DNA of 64,000 nt from Pseudomonadota bacterium. GTDB taxonomy: Archaea > Thermoplasmatota > SW-10-69-26 > JACQPN01 > JAJPHT01. Position numbers and translations under genes: made by a program. The notes under the pieces were generated by a model. That model was not told the DNA's origin. It saw nothing but the letters and a program-made list of their open reading frames with translations, and ran no database searches. Shown here one piece after another: positions 37,803 to 47,124 of the stretch; the stretch's first letter is position 1, and each line of letters begins with the position of its first letter. The DNA lies in the NCBI GenBank assembly GCA_021325135.1, contig JAJPHT010000030.1, positions 1 through 64,000 of the forward strand, in the 5' to 3' direction.

Positions 37803-39569
37803 CTACTGGGGGACTTTGGCGCGCTTTGCCGCGCGCGCGAGGCTGGCGTCCAGGTCCTCGAGGGCGCGGCGGGAAGCACTCTCGAGGGCGTGGATGGGCG
37901 CGCGGCGCGCGAGGAGCTTGGCCTGGTGGAGCCGCGTGATCGTCTCCACGACGTCCGCCAGTTCTTGGCGCTTGGCCACGAGGGCGTAGTAGTGCTCTCG
38001 CGCCTTGACAATCTTCGGGCCGAGGAAGTCCATGGTGGCGCGCGTGATGAGGTCGGCGCGCAGGGCCTCCCTGTGCAGGTCTTCCTCGTCGTAGTCCCAC
38101 CACGAGTTCGCCAGCCAGTCGCCTTCGTCGCCGCGGGCGACGTAGTTCTGGATCCACTGGTTGAGCTGTTGGGCGGGGAGCCCGGGGAGTTCGACGGTTT
38201 GGCCGGTCAGGAGGCGGACGAGCGTGTCGATGTCCGTGGCGATCACGAGTCGGCCCTCTTTGCAGAGGAGGAAGGGCAGCGTGTGGCCCGCGATGCGGAT
38301 CTCCTTGGCGAGGCTGATCCAACCCTCCTCGGCCGCCTGGAGTCCCGTGATCTCGACGTGTGCCGCCGAGGCTAGCTCGGGTGTGTCGGGGGCTCCACGG
38401 GCTCGGACCGCGAAGGGAAGGTTGGCGCCGAGGTGGATCGCGTAGTTGATGCTCTGGGCGACTGCGGCGTCGTTTGTGTCTTGGACGAGGATGTAGTCCT
38501 TCGTGTAGCGGTGGATCTTCTGGAGGTTGTCTTGCCAGCCGCCGTTCTCGACGTAGTACATGCCGAGGTCTTCGTAGTCCTCGCACGTGGCGGCCCGCCA
38601 GCCGAACTCGCGGCGGAGGGCACGGCCCCGGTTGGTGTCGAAGATCCAGCGCGTCTCGGAGGCCTCGGGTTCGTCGGTGAGGACGCGGGGCCATGAGGCG
38701 GTGGCTTGTTGGGCGAGGGCGCGGTGGTGGTCCTCGGCGGCGCGCAGGATCGTCTCCGCGGCGGCGTGGAGCGCGGGGTTGACGTCGAGGTCGTTGCGGT
38801 CGGGGAGCTTGGGCCGTGTGCCGCTCTTGGGGTCCACGAACCACGCGTACACGAAGTCAGCCAGCAAGCCGCGGCGAACGGGGTTCTGCGCTGCCGCAGC
38901 GATCATGGCGCGTTGGAACGCGTTCTGGTCGCCTTCGATGGCGCGGTACTCCCAGATGGGGAAGCACGGGTCGGGGGCGTCGGGCCATCTCTTGTGGCAT
39001 TCCACCACGCGGCCCACCGGGGTGTCGAACTCGCGCTTCGCGTCTGGGACCTCGGCGGGGGGAAGGGTCTCGCCGTTGAGCGTGACGTGGAAGGGGTAGT
39101 ATCCCCGCGCCTCGCGCAGGTCCTGGTCGGCCTTGGGATCGACGAGGAGCAGCGTGATGCACATGCCCTTCCTGGGCTCGGCGTGCTCGACCAGGATGGG
39201 GCGGCGTTGGAGGACGTCGGTGGCGACGAGGTGGACCCGCCAGTTCTGGGAGTGGACCTCGACGCTCGCGGCGACCGATTCGTGGAGCACGCTGTAAAAG
39301 CCCATGCCGGCGGGCTCGGTGATCTTCGTTTCGTCCCATCCCGTCTCTCCAGCGCTCAGGAGGAGCTGGGGGTCGGGGCAGCCGATCCCGTCGTCTTCGA
39401 AGACGAGGAGGTTGCCTTCGTGGCGGATGGTCACGGAGCGGGCGCCCGCTCGGTGGCTGTTCTGGAAGAGTTCGCGCAGCGCTGCAAGCCGGCCCCCGAA
39501 AAAACTGGGGATCTTGGCGATGAGGCGGTCGGTGAGCGCGGCCTGGATGGTCTTGGGCGTTTCGGTCAT
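37803..39569 (-). CDS. GHKL (HSP90/HATPase_c-like) ATPase domain protein
   Basis: LRELFQNSHRAGA, FEDDGIG, PAGMGFYS, G..ITL; motif 17 nt upstream. Confidence 0.85.
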   Translation of the reverse strand: MTETPKTIQAALTDRLIAKIPSFFGGRLAALRELFQNSHRAGARSVTIRHEGNLLVFEDDGIGCPDPQLLLSAGETGWDETKITEPAGMGFYSVLHESVAASVEVHSQNWRVHLVATDVLQRRPILVEHAEPRKGMCITLLLVDPKADQDLREARGYYPFHVTLNGETLPPAEVPDAKREFDTPVGRVVECHKRWPDAPDPCFPIWEYRAIEGDQNAFQRAMIAAAAQNPVRRGLLADFVYAWFVDPKSGTRPKLPDRNDLDVNPALHAAAETILRAAEDHHRALAQQATASWPRVLTDEPEASETRWIFDTNRGRALRREFGWRAATCEDYEDLGMYYVENGGWQDNLQKIHRYTKDYILVQDTNDAAVAQSINYAIHLGANLPFAVRARGAPDTPELASAAHVEITGLQAAEEGWISLAKEIRIAGHTLPFLLCKEGRLVIATDIDTLVRLLTGQTVELPGLPAQQLNQWIQNYVARGDEGDWLANSWWDYDEEDLHREALRADLITRATMDFLGPKIVKAREHYYALVAKRQELADVVETITRLHQAKLLARRAPIHALESASRRALEDLDASLARAAKRAKVPQ

Positions 39570-39614
39570 GCTTGTCGTAGCTTGGGCTTGGTCCAGGGGC
39601 GTGGTCGTGCCTGT

Positions 39615-39674
39615 TTAGGGAAGGTCTGTCTGGAGCCGCTCCTTGCAAATCTCCAGGAGGTTGTGGGTGCCGTC
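39615..39674 (-). pseudogene. Remnant paralogous to the C-terminus of 42117-42320
   Basis: Encodes DGTHNLLEICKERLQTDLP* versus DGTHNLLEVCKERLNAEMH*. Confidence 0.5.
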
Positions 39675-39761
39675 CCGCGGCCTCAAAGTCGGGAAGCTGA
39701 TCGACGGCGCGGGGTCCGGTCTCCCTCGCGGATGCTGGTGGCGAGTCCTTGAGGGTCGTCC

Positions 39762-40049
39762 CTAGTCCATGTTGCCGGGATGGTAGAACGCCTCGGGCAC
39801 GCCGTTGCGGTGGAGGTACTCCAGCACGCGGGGCATGCTGCGTTCCCACGTCGAGGCGCCCTGCGCCTTGGTGGGCGGCCGAATGATGATGACGTGCGCG
39901 TTCGCGTAGGGGACGGCGATGCCGGCCCCCAGGACGCACGTTCCCTCGTCGTTCCCATGCTTTTTCTGGTCCTCCAGGATGGCCTCGCGCCAGATCTCCC
40001 GAGCGATCTCGATCTCGAAGAGCTTGGCCACGATCTCCCGTGCCTTCAT
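39762..40049 (-). CDS. Hypothetical protein
   Basis: ATGA-coupled; GTCVLGAGI...FYHPGNMD. Confidence 0.65.
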   Translation of the reverse strand: MKAREIVAKLFEIEIAREIWREAILEDQKKHGNDEGTCVLGAGIAVPYANAHVIIIRPPTKAQGASTWERSMPRVLEYLHRNGVPEAFYHPGNMD

Positions 40050-40669
40050 CCCAAGCACTCTCCACACGTGCCGCAGGTCGTGTGGGTTTCGCTACGCTGA
40101 GCCTCCTCCGGATGGGCGCACGCTGCTTCGCCCGGGCGGGTCGCTCTCTGCTCCCTCGCGCCGGGCGCGTTGGGGAGGGCGGGGCCCGTGTGGGAGCGCG
40201 TGAGTTCGACTTCGGCCATGGCGCGATCCATGGGGAAGTGGAGCGTGCGCTCCGACTCGTCCTTGAAGTAGAGACGCGCGGTGTCGAGGTGGACGCCGAT
40301 GGCTCGCAGGTGGGGATGGCCGATGATCTCCAGTGTGCCTGGGCCTACGCTGTGCGTCTGGCCGCCCTCGGCATTGATCCTCGTGGTGAGCTGGTCGAGG
40401 AACGCGTCCCGCGTGACGAGGGTGTCGAGCCGGGAGCGTCCTTCGAGGATGTCGTGGACGAGGCGCTGCTGGGGCTCCCCACTGATGAGGCGCATGTACG
40501 TGCGGAGCGAGTCGTCGTCGAGCAGTGGAAGGTCGGCATCGGTGAGCCGGTCCCCTTCCTCGATGCCGTCCCAGGCGACGACCAAGCGGTCGATGTCGGT
40601 CTTCGTCTCGGGATCCATGACGCGGTTGACGCATCCGTCGCACATGATGACGACGACACGGCGCGCCAT
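40046..40669 (-). CDS. Hypothetical protein (N-terminal domain shared with 32563-33510)
   Basis: WDGIEEGDRLTDADLPLLDDDSLRTY; start abuts the upstream stop. Confidence 0.7.
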   Translation of the reverse strand: MARRVVVIMCDGCVNRVMDPETKTDIDRLVVAWDGIEEGDRLTDADLPLLDDDSLRTYMRLISGEPQQRLVHDILEGRSRLDTLVTRDAFLDQLTTRINAEGGQTHSVGPGTLEIIGHPHLRAIGVHLDTARLYFKDESERTLHFPMDRAMAEVELTRSHTGPALPNAPGAREQRATRPGEAACAHPEEAQRSETHTTCGTCGECLG

Positions 40670-41218
40670 TCAGACCACCTCATGGGGAAGGAGTTGGCCC
40701 GTGATCTCGACGGCTTGTTCATAGGTCCAGACGTCCGCGGTTGGGTAGAGCTGCTTCAGTCGGGCCGCGACTTCCTCCAGGCGACGCGGCGCCCGTTCGA
40801 TGGGCGTGAACATCAACCCCGGTTGGAACAAGGGAACGCCTTGGCGGTCGCACCCGCACGGATTCAGGACTCGGCGGAAGTGCTCCTCGGCGTAGCCGTA
40901 CTGCTTGGCGAACTGGAGAAGGCGCGCGTGGGGTAGGTCGGACGGCTTGTCGTCGACGTTCTGGCCGAAGATGAAGACGTTCGGGGGATAATACGAGCCT
41001 GTCTTCCAGTCGCGGCTGGACATGACGCCCTTACGTGTGACTTCGAGGGCGAGGCAGCGGTACTCGGCGCCGTCGTTCGTCTCGGGGCCGTAGTCGCCTT
41101 GGCAGTCGCCCACGCTGATGAATTCTCGCGCGGCCATGCTGTAGACTTTGTAGAGGACGGCGTGCATCTGGCGGACGATCCGGTAGGTCTCGGTGGGACT
41201 CTGTTCAGTCGTTTCCAT
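40670..41218 (-). CDS. Hypothetical protein
   Basis: Motif 17 nt upstream of METTEQ. Confidence 0.7.
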   Translation of the reverse strand: METTEQSPTETYRIVRQMHAVLYKVYSMAAREFISVGDCQGDYGPETNDGAEYRCLALEVTRKGVMSSRDWKTGSYYPPNVFIFGQNVDDKPSDLPHARLLQFAKQYGYAEEHFRRVLNPCGCDRQGVPLFQPGLMFTPIERAPRRLEEVAARLKQLYPTADVWTYEQAVEITGQLLPHEVV

Positions 41219-41273
41219 GGGGTTCGAATCGAGGACTTCGTCCAGGCTCGACGCAAGAGGCGCCTGTCGCAGT

Positions 41274-42062
41274 TCACGGCTCGGCGAGATTGACCTGAAG
41301 GGGTTCGGAGGAGAGAATCCGCGTGTGGGTCGCGCGACTCTCCCCGATGGCGTGGCGGTACCGGGCCTCAGTGGGGTCGTGGGCATACACGTCGGAGGTC
41401 GTCTCGACGTGGTTGCGCGCGACGATGTGGTAGCGACACGTGCCAGGTTGGGGCACGGCGCCGGCGCGGTGGACGCCTTCGCGCAGGAGGAAACTCCAGG
41501 GGCTCGGGTTCGGGTTACCCTCCACGTCGTGGAAGGCGCCGTGGTCGCGCCGCATGGCTTCGTCCGGGTACGTCCACACGCTGACCTCGAAGGCGTCGTT
41601 CTCGCTCGCGTAGAGCCGGAAGGCGGACCGGATGAGGTACTCCGCCGCGCGCGGGTCGACGCCTGGGGCGTGGGTCAGGTGGGGCAGGTGGGTTGCCATG
41701 AAGCGCTCGGCGGCCTCGTCGGCGGCTCGGCGGGCGGCCTTGGCGCGGCGGATCGTGAGCACGCGCCCGGGGCCCACGGGGGGCGCGGCGTGGACGAAGC
41801 GGCGCTTGGGAGCGTCGTAGCGGAGGCCGAGGAGGTCTTCGAGGGGGCCCAGGTCGATCCACCCCCGGAGGCTGCGCAGGCGGGGGAGGTTGGGGTCCGT
41901 CTCGTCCTCGATGGTCTCTTGGAAGTCGTCCAGGAGCCCTTCGAGGATGTCGTCAAGCTGGTCAAGGAATTCGGTGGCGGCGCGTCGCTCGGGTCCTCCC
42001 AGGGACGTGGCAGCTTGGAGGGCTTGTCGAAGCGTGGTCGAGATGTTGGTGGGAATTGGCAT
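41274..42062 (-). CDS. Hypothetical protein
   Basis: Motif 18 nt upstream of MPIPT. Confidence 0.7.
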   Translation of the reverse strand: MPIPTNISTTLRQALQAATSLGGPERRAATEFLDQLDDILEGLLDDFQETIEDETDPNLPRLRSLRGWIDLGPLEDLLGLRYDAPKRRFVHAAPPVGPGRVLTIRRAKAARRAADEAAERFMATHLPHLTHAPGVDPRAAEYLIRSAFRLYASENDAFEVSVWTYPDEAMRRDHGAFHDVEGNPNPSPWSFLLREGVHRAGAVPQPGTCRYHIVARNHVETTSDVYAHDPTEARYRHAIGESRATHTRILSSEPLQVNLAEP

Positions 42063-42116
42063 CGCGTGGGTCACGAGGGACTTCGTTCACGGGAACGTCA
42101 CGGGAACGGCTCGGCC

Positions 42117-42320
42117 TCAGTGCATTTCGGCGTTGAGGCGTTCCTTGCAGACTTCGAGGAGGTTGTGGGTGCCATCGAGCCGGCGAGTCCGGAGCGCGTC
42201 GTGCCGGCAGCGCTCACGCGCGGCGTCCAGGCTCATCATGGCGGTCTCGATGGCGAGCTGGGCCTGGGCGAGGAGGCTGTCGAGGGAGTCGTGCTCAAGC
42301 GTGGGGGCGGGGACGATCAT
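42117..42320 (-). CDS. Small helical protein
   Basis: Motif 17 nt upstream of MIVPAP. Confidence 0.65.
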   Translation of the reverse strand: MIVPAPTLEHDSLDSLLAQAQLAIETAMMSLDAARERCRHDALRTRRLDGTHNLLEVCKERLNAEMH

Positions 42321-42393
42321 GTTCTTCGAGATCCAGGCTTCGTCCAAGACAAAGGGCAGGTCGCGTTGGAAGCCAGGGAACGATGTGGCGCGC

Positions 42394-42903
42394 TTAGGTG
42401 GGCGTGGGGCGGACCATGCGCGCCATGTTCGCGGGAGCGAGAGTGTCGGCGAGGTGGAACGCGTAGTGCTTCTTCCCTTTCCGGTACACGTCGAGGTACA
42501 TCTCGTCGTGGTGGAGGCCGGCGTTCTTGGCGTACTCGTTGCCTCCGTCCACGCTGACCCGGATGGTGAGGACGTCGCCGGGTCGGAGGAGCTTGGCGAT
42601 GGTTCGCCATTCCTCCTGGACGCGGCAGGAACCGACGTGGCCCGTGGCCGTGACCGCATCAGGAATGGGCCGGCCGTAGGTGACGAAGTTTGCTCTGAGC
42701 CCGTCGATGACGTAGGTTCGCTCGTGGTCGTCGAAGGGGCCGCGGTTCTCGACGCGCTTGGAGGCCCGCATGTGGGCCGTCTCCTGGACCGTCGCATCGG
42801 TGCGATTGCGCCGTGCGACGATGACGAGGTCGTCGGCCTCCCGGAGCGCGCGCAGCGCCATGGGGCTGAGGCCTTCCTCCTGGTTGGGGGGTTGGGTGCT
42901 CAT
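42394..42903 (-). CDS. Hypothetical protein
   Basis: ATGA-coupled, 169 aa. Confidence 0.7.
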   Translation of the reverse strand: MSTQPPNQEEGLSPMALRALREADDLVIVARRNRTDATVQETAHMRASKRVENRGPFDDHERTYVIDGLRANFVTYGRPIPDAVTATGHVGSCRVQEEWRTIAKLLRPGDVLTIRVSVDGGNEYAKNAGLHHDEMYLDVYRKGKKHYAFHLADTLAPANMARMVRPTPT

Positions 42904-43244
42904 TCATCCCACGTCCAGGGTCCCTTGATGGCGTGCTGGGCGGCCGCGTGGACGTTGGGCCACTTCTCCAGCCAGGCGCGGCGGCCCGTCACGGTGCCCA
43001 GGACGGCTTGGAGGGTGGCCGCGGTGGTCTGCCAGGCTTCGCGCAGGCGCGCCGCGGCGTGTCCCTCGCAGAGGTCCACGTCGGCGAAGCGATACGCGGC
43101 CAGCGAGGTTTCCTCTTCAAGCTCGTCGGGGTGGTCCTTCTTGCAGAGTTCGCAGCGGATTCCGGTGCGCGCGTCCAAGACTTGGACGGCGCGGCGGATC
43201 TCGGGGGCGAGGTCGGGCTTGGGCGGCTGTTGGATCTTGCTCAT
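42900..43244 (-). CDS. Zn-finger hypothetical protein
   Basis: CELC...LCEGH; motif 16 nt upstream. Confidence 0.7.
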   Translation of the reverse strand: MSKIQQPPKPDLAPEIRRAVQVLDARTGIRCELCKKDHPDELEEETSLAAYRFADVDLCEGHAAARLREAWQTTAATLQAVLGTVTGRRAWLEKWPNVHAAAQHAIKGPWTWDE

Positions 43245-43287
43245 GGTTCGTTCTCTGAGGCTTGGTCCAATGCGGAGAGAAGACGGG

Positions 43288-43674
43288 TCAGTTCGGAGTC
43301 AAGGGGGCGAGCTGGGCGACCCACCAGGTCGTGTTGCGCAGGGCGCTGCTGTCCTCCGCGGCCTGGTTGGCCTCCTCCGCGCCCGCGAAGGGAGCGGCGT
43401 CGGGGCCCTCGCCGTGGAGGGTAATGCCGTCGAAGGGGTTGCCAGCCGCGATGACGTAGCCGGGACCTGCGCCGGGCGCGCGGTAGCCTTCGACGTGCCC
43501 GCCGAGGGCGACGAGGGCGGCCTCCACCTGGCTCTTGGCCGCGTTGAAGGCGTCCACACTGGGCTCGTCGGGGCTGAGCGTCTCCAGTTCGCGCAGGCAG
43601 CGGTCGACTGCATCGCGCGCTGCTGCGATGCTCTGGGAAGAACGCTGGTTGTGGGACGGGATCATGTTGGTCAT
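43288..43674 (-). CDS. Hypothetical protein
   Basis: Motif variant 16 nt upstream; YVIAAGNPFDG. Confidence 0.7.
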   Translation of the reverse strand: MTNMIPSHNQRSSQSIAAARDAVDRCLRELETLSPDEPSVDAFNAAKSQVEAALVALGGHVEGYRAPGAGPGYVIAAGNPFDGITLHGEGPDAAPFAGAEEANQAAEDSSALRNTTWWVAQLAPLTPN

Positions 43675-43757
43675 GGGAACTCTTGATGGGCTTCGGTCAA
43701 GGAAGAAAAGGTCGTGGGCTTGCGGTGACGCCTTGCGTTTCAGCGCGCAGCCGAACC

Positions 43758-44048
43758 TCAGAGGCTGGAGGGATCGATGTTGGCAACTTTGGCGAGCTGG
43801 CGCCGAAGACGCGGGTTCGCCTTCATGGCCATGGCCAACGCCCACGTGGCTTGCTTGCCCGGAACGCCGTGGGCATCGGCGGTTTCGTAGCCGGTAGCGC
43901 TCAAGGTCTGGGGGTGGGGCGTGCCGTCGCTGAGGCTGGGGTCCCGAATGGGGCGGGCGTCTGTCTCTCCGATGCCGACGCTGGGGAAGCCGGCGCGGTG
44001 GAGCTCGTAGAGCAGGCGTGCCGCCTTGCGGAGGTGATCACGCGGCAT
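43758..44048 (-). CDS. Hypothetical protein
   Basis: GGAGGTG SD before MPRDHL. Confidence 0.5.
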   Translation of the reverse strand: MPRDHLRKAARLLYELHRAGFPSVGIGETDARPIRDPSLSDGTPHPQTLSATGYETADAHGVPGKQATWALAMAMKANPRLRRQLAKVANIDPSSL

Positions 44049-44285
44049 GCTTGGCACCTCCGGGATGCTTGCGCGCGGCTTCCCGGTAGGCGGGCAGGGC
44101 GCGGTTGTGCAGGTCGGCTGTCTCTTGGGCGAGGCGCCGCGTGCGGAACCAGCCGAAGGTGTGGTCCGGATCGAGGCGCCACGGAATCCAGCGAGGCGTT
44201 TGCACGGCCCAGCCTGACTTGCGGGTGCGACTGCGCACCGCAAGGAAGCAATCCCGCACGTCCGATGGGGCCTGCGAAGGTTCCA

Positions 44286-44915
44286 TTATGATCGCACGTC
44301 CTTGAGACGGCGGATCTCGCTCGCGACGTCCCCAAGGCCGTGCCGAGTGGCGATGGTGGCCGCGGCGTCGAGCACATCGTTCATGGCTTCGCGGATGGAG
44401 CCCTCGACCGAGTCGTAGAGGGCATCCTCGGTCCGATCCGATGCCCCGGCGAGGGCTTCCTTCGTGTACTCGTCGCTGGACCGGATGGCGATCGGTTCGG
44501 GCGAGGCATCTGGGTCGCCCTCGGACGGGTCCATCGGATCAGGTGCGGCTTCCACCGGTCGGGCCTCCAGGAGGATCGTGAAGGGCCCGCGCCACGCTCG
44601 GACCCAAGCCGGCGCCCGGGGATCCTCCTTGAGCGCATCGTGGGTGTCCACGACGGGGCCGTGCTCGGTCTTCTTCCGAAGCTCCTCGAGGTAGGATTTG
44701 AGACGCAGGGCGGGTGTGGTCAGGAAGCTCGTGCAGTCCCACTCGGTCGGGCCTTCGGGATCGACGCCGACGGCGTTGTTCTGAATCCAGGCCTCGGGCT
44801 GGAAGGTCGCGACGTAGCGCCGGGGTTGGTCCGGCTGAGGCGTGCCCTGTGGCGTCGCGGCAGGATCCGGCACGCGGGCGTCCTTGTCCGGCTGGCGCTT
44901 GCGGCGCGGGCTCAC
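44286..44915 (-). CDS. Hypothetical protein
   Basis: GTGA overlap; F.PEAW.....V.VDPEG..EWDCT, AP.WVRAW.GPF.I. Confidence 0.7.
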   Translation of the reverse strand: MSPRRKRQPDKDARVPDPAATPQGTPQPDQPRRYVATFQPEAWIQNNAVGVDPEGPTEWDCTSFLTTPALRLKSYLEELRKKTEHGPVVDTHDALKEDPRAPAWVRAWRGPFTILLEARPVEAAPDPMDPSEGDPDASPEPIAIRSSDEYTKEALAGASDRTEDALYDSVEGSIREAMNDVLDAAATIATRHGLGDVASEIRRLKDVRS

Positions 44916-45430
44916 GCCGTCACCTCGGCGTGGATTTCTCCGCTGTCCATGTGGAGCAGGAGGCCTTCGCCCAGGCGGATCCCGCCGGGAGGCATGGGGC
45001 CGCGGCCGGGAATGCAGTAGCGCACGCCTTGCCATGCCCAGCCGCGCATGAGCGGGTCGTCGGGATCCTGGAAGAAGGTCGCGCGCCCCAAGCGGTACCG
45101 CACCGGCGGCAGGGTGCCGCGGGGCAGGAGGGTGGGAACGAGTCCGAGGTGATGGTTCAGAAGGCCAGCCTTGGGTTCACCTTCGAGCAGGCGGCCAGTA
45201 CCGAAGCTCATGAAGGCCGAGCCGGCAGGGTCGAGTTCATGCGCCTTGGCCCGCGCGAGGGCGACCCACGCCATGGCATCAGCGTGCTCGGCGTATGGCC
45301 CCACCACGAGGAGCCACTGGGCCCTGCCCCGCGCCGCGGTGACGTAGTAGGGACCGGGTTGGTTGTCGGGCACGCCATAGTCGGGCAGGAGTGGATTTGT
45401 GTAGCGATCAGGGTCGAACAGGATGGTCAT
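44912..45430 (-). CDS. Hypothetical protein
   Basis: Motif 16 nt upstream; PGPYYVT...VGPY..HA.A. Confidence 0.7.
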   Translation of the reverse strand: MTILFDPDRYTNPLLPDYGVPDNQPGPYYVTAARGRAQWLLVVGPYAEHADAMAWVALARAKAHELDPAGSAFMSFGTGRLLEGEPKAGLLNHHLGLVPTLLPRGTLPPVRYRLGRATFFQDPDDPLMRGWAWQGVRYCIPGRGPMPPGGIRLGEGLLLHMDSGEIHAEVTA

Positions 45431-45466
45431 TCGTCTCCTTCGTCGTCTTCGTTCAAACGGGACTGC

Positions 45467-45703
45467 TTATCCTTCGGAGGGCTCGATGCCCCGAGTCTTC
45501 ATCAGGGGAGATCGAAGGGCTTCCGAGGCCTCTGTGACGAGGCGCGAGACTTCATCGAGGCAGGCGATGCCGGCCTCGAACCGGCCCGCGCCGACTTCTT
45601 GCTCGGCCCAACGGAGCCGGGCGTGGAGAGTCTGCATCGTATTCTCGTAGCAGAACTCGGCGTCGGTAGTGAACCTCTTGGTGACCGAAATGGCGTTGCG
45701 CAT
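45467..45703 (-). CDS. Small helical protein
   Basis: Motif 16 nt upstream of MRNAIS. Confidence 0.6.
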   Translation of the reverse strand: MRNAISVTKRFTTDAEFCYENTMQTLHARLRWAEQEVGAGRFEAGIACLDEVSRLVTEASEALRSPLMKTRGIEPSEG

Positions 45704-45810
45704 GTCTTCATCGATCGGGCTTCGTCCAGAGGAAACCTCTACGAATTGGGGCTTGGCGCTTGGCGGCCTTGTGGCCGAGGCGTCCTTCAGCGGCGCGAGC
45801 CGAAGAGGTC

Positions 45811-46116
45811 TCAAGCCGCGGCATCGTCGTGGAGCGTGACCTCGTAGCCGACGATGTCGGCGAGGATTGCGTTCCAGGTGAGCTTCGTCATGGGTCCGTC
45901 GGCGAGGTCGTTGCCTTTCTTGTCGTGGGTGCTCGCGATGCAGCCCAGGTAGTTCTCGTCCGCGGAGATGTGGTAGCTGGCCTGGGCCGTGGTCAAGGTG
46001 AAGGCGACGCTGCCGTCTGGCTCCACGTCGAAGTTGATCGCGTCGGCGTGGAGGAACTTGCTTTGGTTGATCCAGTGACGGAGGCGGCGAAGGATGCGCT
46101 TGTTGGTGGTTATCAT
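45811..46116 (-). CDS. Hypothetical protein
   Basis: YLGCIAS...GNDLADG.....TW..IL.DIVGYE; motif variant 17 nt upstream. Confidence 0.75.
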   Translation of the reverse strand: MITTNKRILRRLRHWINQSKFLHADAINFDVEPDGSVAFTLTTAQASYHISADENYLGCIASTHDKKGNDLADGPMTKLTWNAILADIVGYEVTLHDDAAA

Positions 46117-46252
46117 GATGGCCGCGCGAATGGCTTTGTCCAGGCGAGATGGAAATTAGCGGGGCATGATGGAGACGGCGTTGGCGGAGCCGCACTTGCG
46201 GCATCGGAATTCCCCAATCGCGGCGTTCCGTTCGTCGTTCGCGCCTGGCGGA

Positions 46253-47077
46253 TCACTGGTGGCGCGTGCAGGCAGGGCCCTCGGGCGTCAGGCGGACCGC
46301 GTCTCGGTCGCAGGCGTGGCACGTCAGGAGGCCCGCCAGGACGCCGGCGCCGGGGTTGTCATCAGCACGGAGGCTGACAGGGCCATCCCAAATGGGCGTG
46401 GAGGTGTCCCTCGCCTCGTGGCCATGCAGGACACTCGTGCAGGCGAGGCAGACGCCTTCGATGGGCGTCTCGCCCTCGGAGGACGACTCATCGGCCCAGA
46501 TCCGCTCGAGGTCTGTGTGGTCGCAGTTCGGTTCGTAGGGCGGCGCGTTTCCCATCAAGCGCAACGCGAGGGCGGCGCCGATCTTGATCGGCGGGGGGAC
46601 AGGTTGGCCCGCGGCTTCGAGGTCGCGGAGCTGATCGACGAGATCCCGCAGGCCGCTGGCGGCCTCATCGAGATCCGTGGCTGGCACACGCTCGCCCTGG
46701 GTGCTCGTGGCGGGCATCGGAAATCGTGGGGCGGCCGGGGCCGTTGGGGCCGGGCGGCTGACGCCCAAGGCGTGGCGGCCCTGGGGGAAGCGCTCCATGT
46801 GGCGAAGTACGGTCTCGTAGGCGTGGAGCGCGCCGTACTCGTAGTTGGTGGCCGCGTCTTGATCGGCCCGGGGTAGGTCGCCCAAGGAGCTGGCGCTGAC
46901 GGCCGCGTACGCCTCGCTGAGGTCGCACGGCTCGGCCCTGCGGGCCGCTTCTGCGGCTTCGCGCGTCTGGAGCGTTCGCTCGGCCTTGAGCCAGGACGCG
47001 AGAGAGGGCCAGTCGCGGATCACCGTGGAGCGCTCGTGCGACGTGGTTCGGGCTGATTCCAGGTCTGGGATGTTCAT
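46253..47077 (-). CDS. Hypothetical protein with Zn-finger motifs
   Basis: Motif 17 nt upstream of MNIPD; CLAC, CHAC, CTRH. Confidence 0.7.
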   Translation of the reverse strand: MNIPDLESARTTSHERSTVIRDWPSLASWLKAERTLQTREAAEAARRAEPCDLSEAYAAVSASSLGDLPRADQDAATNYEYGALHAYETVLRHMERFPQGRHALGVSRPAPTAPAAPRFPMPATSTQGERVPATDLDEAASGLRDLVDQLRDLEAAGQPVPPPIKIGAALALRLMGNAPPYEPNCDHTDLERIWADESSSEGETPIEGVCLACTSVLHGHEARDTSTPIWDGPVSLRADDNPGAGVLAGLLTCHACDRDAVRLTPEGPACTRHQ

Positions 47078-47124
47078 GGTTCTCTGAAAGGGGGCTTCGT
47101 CCACTGGCGTGCAGGGGCGCTGGA

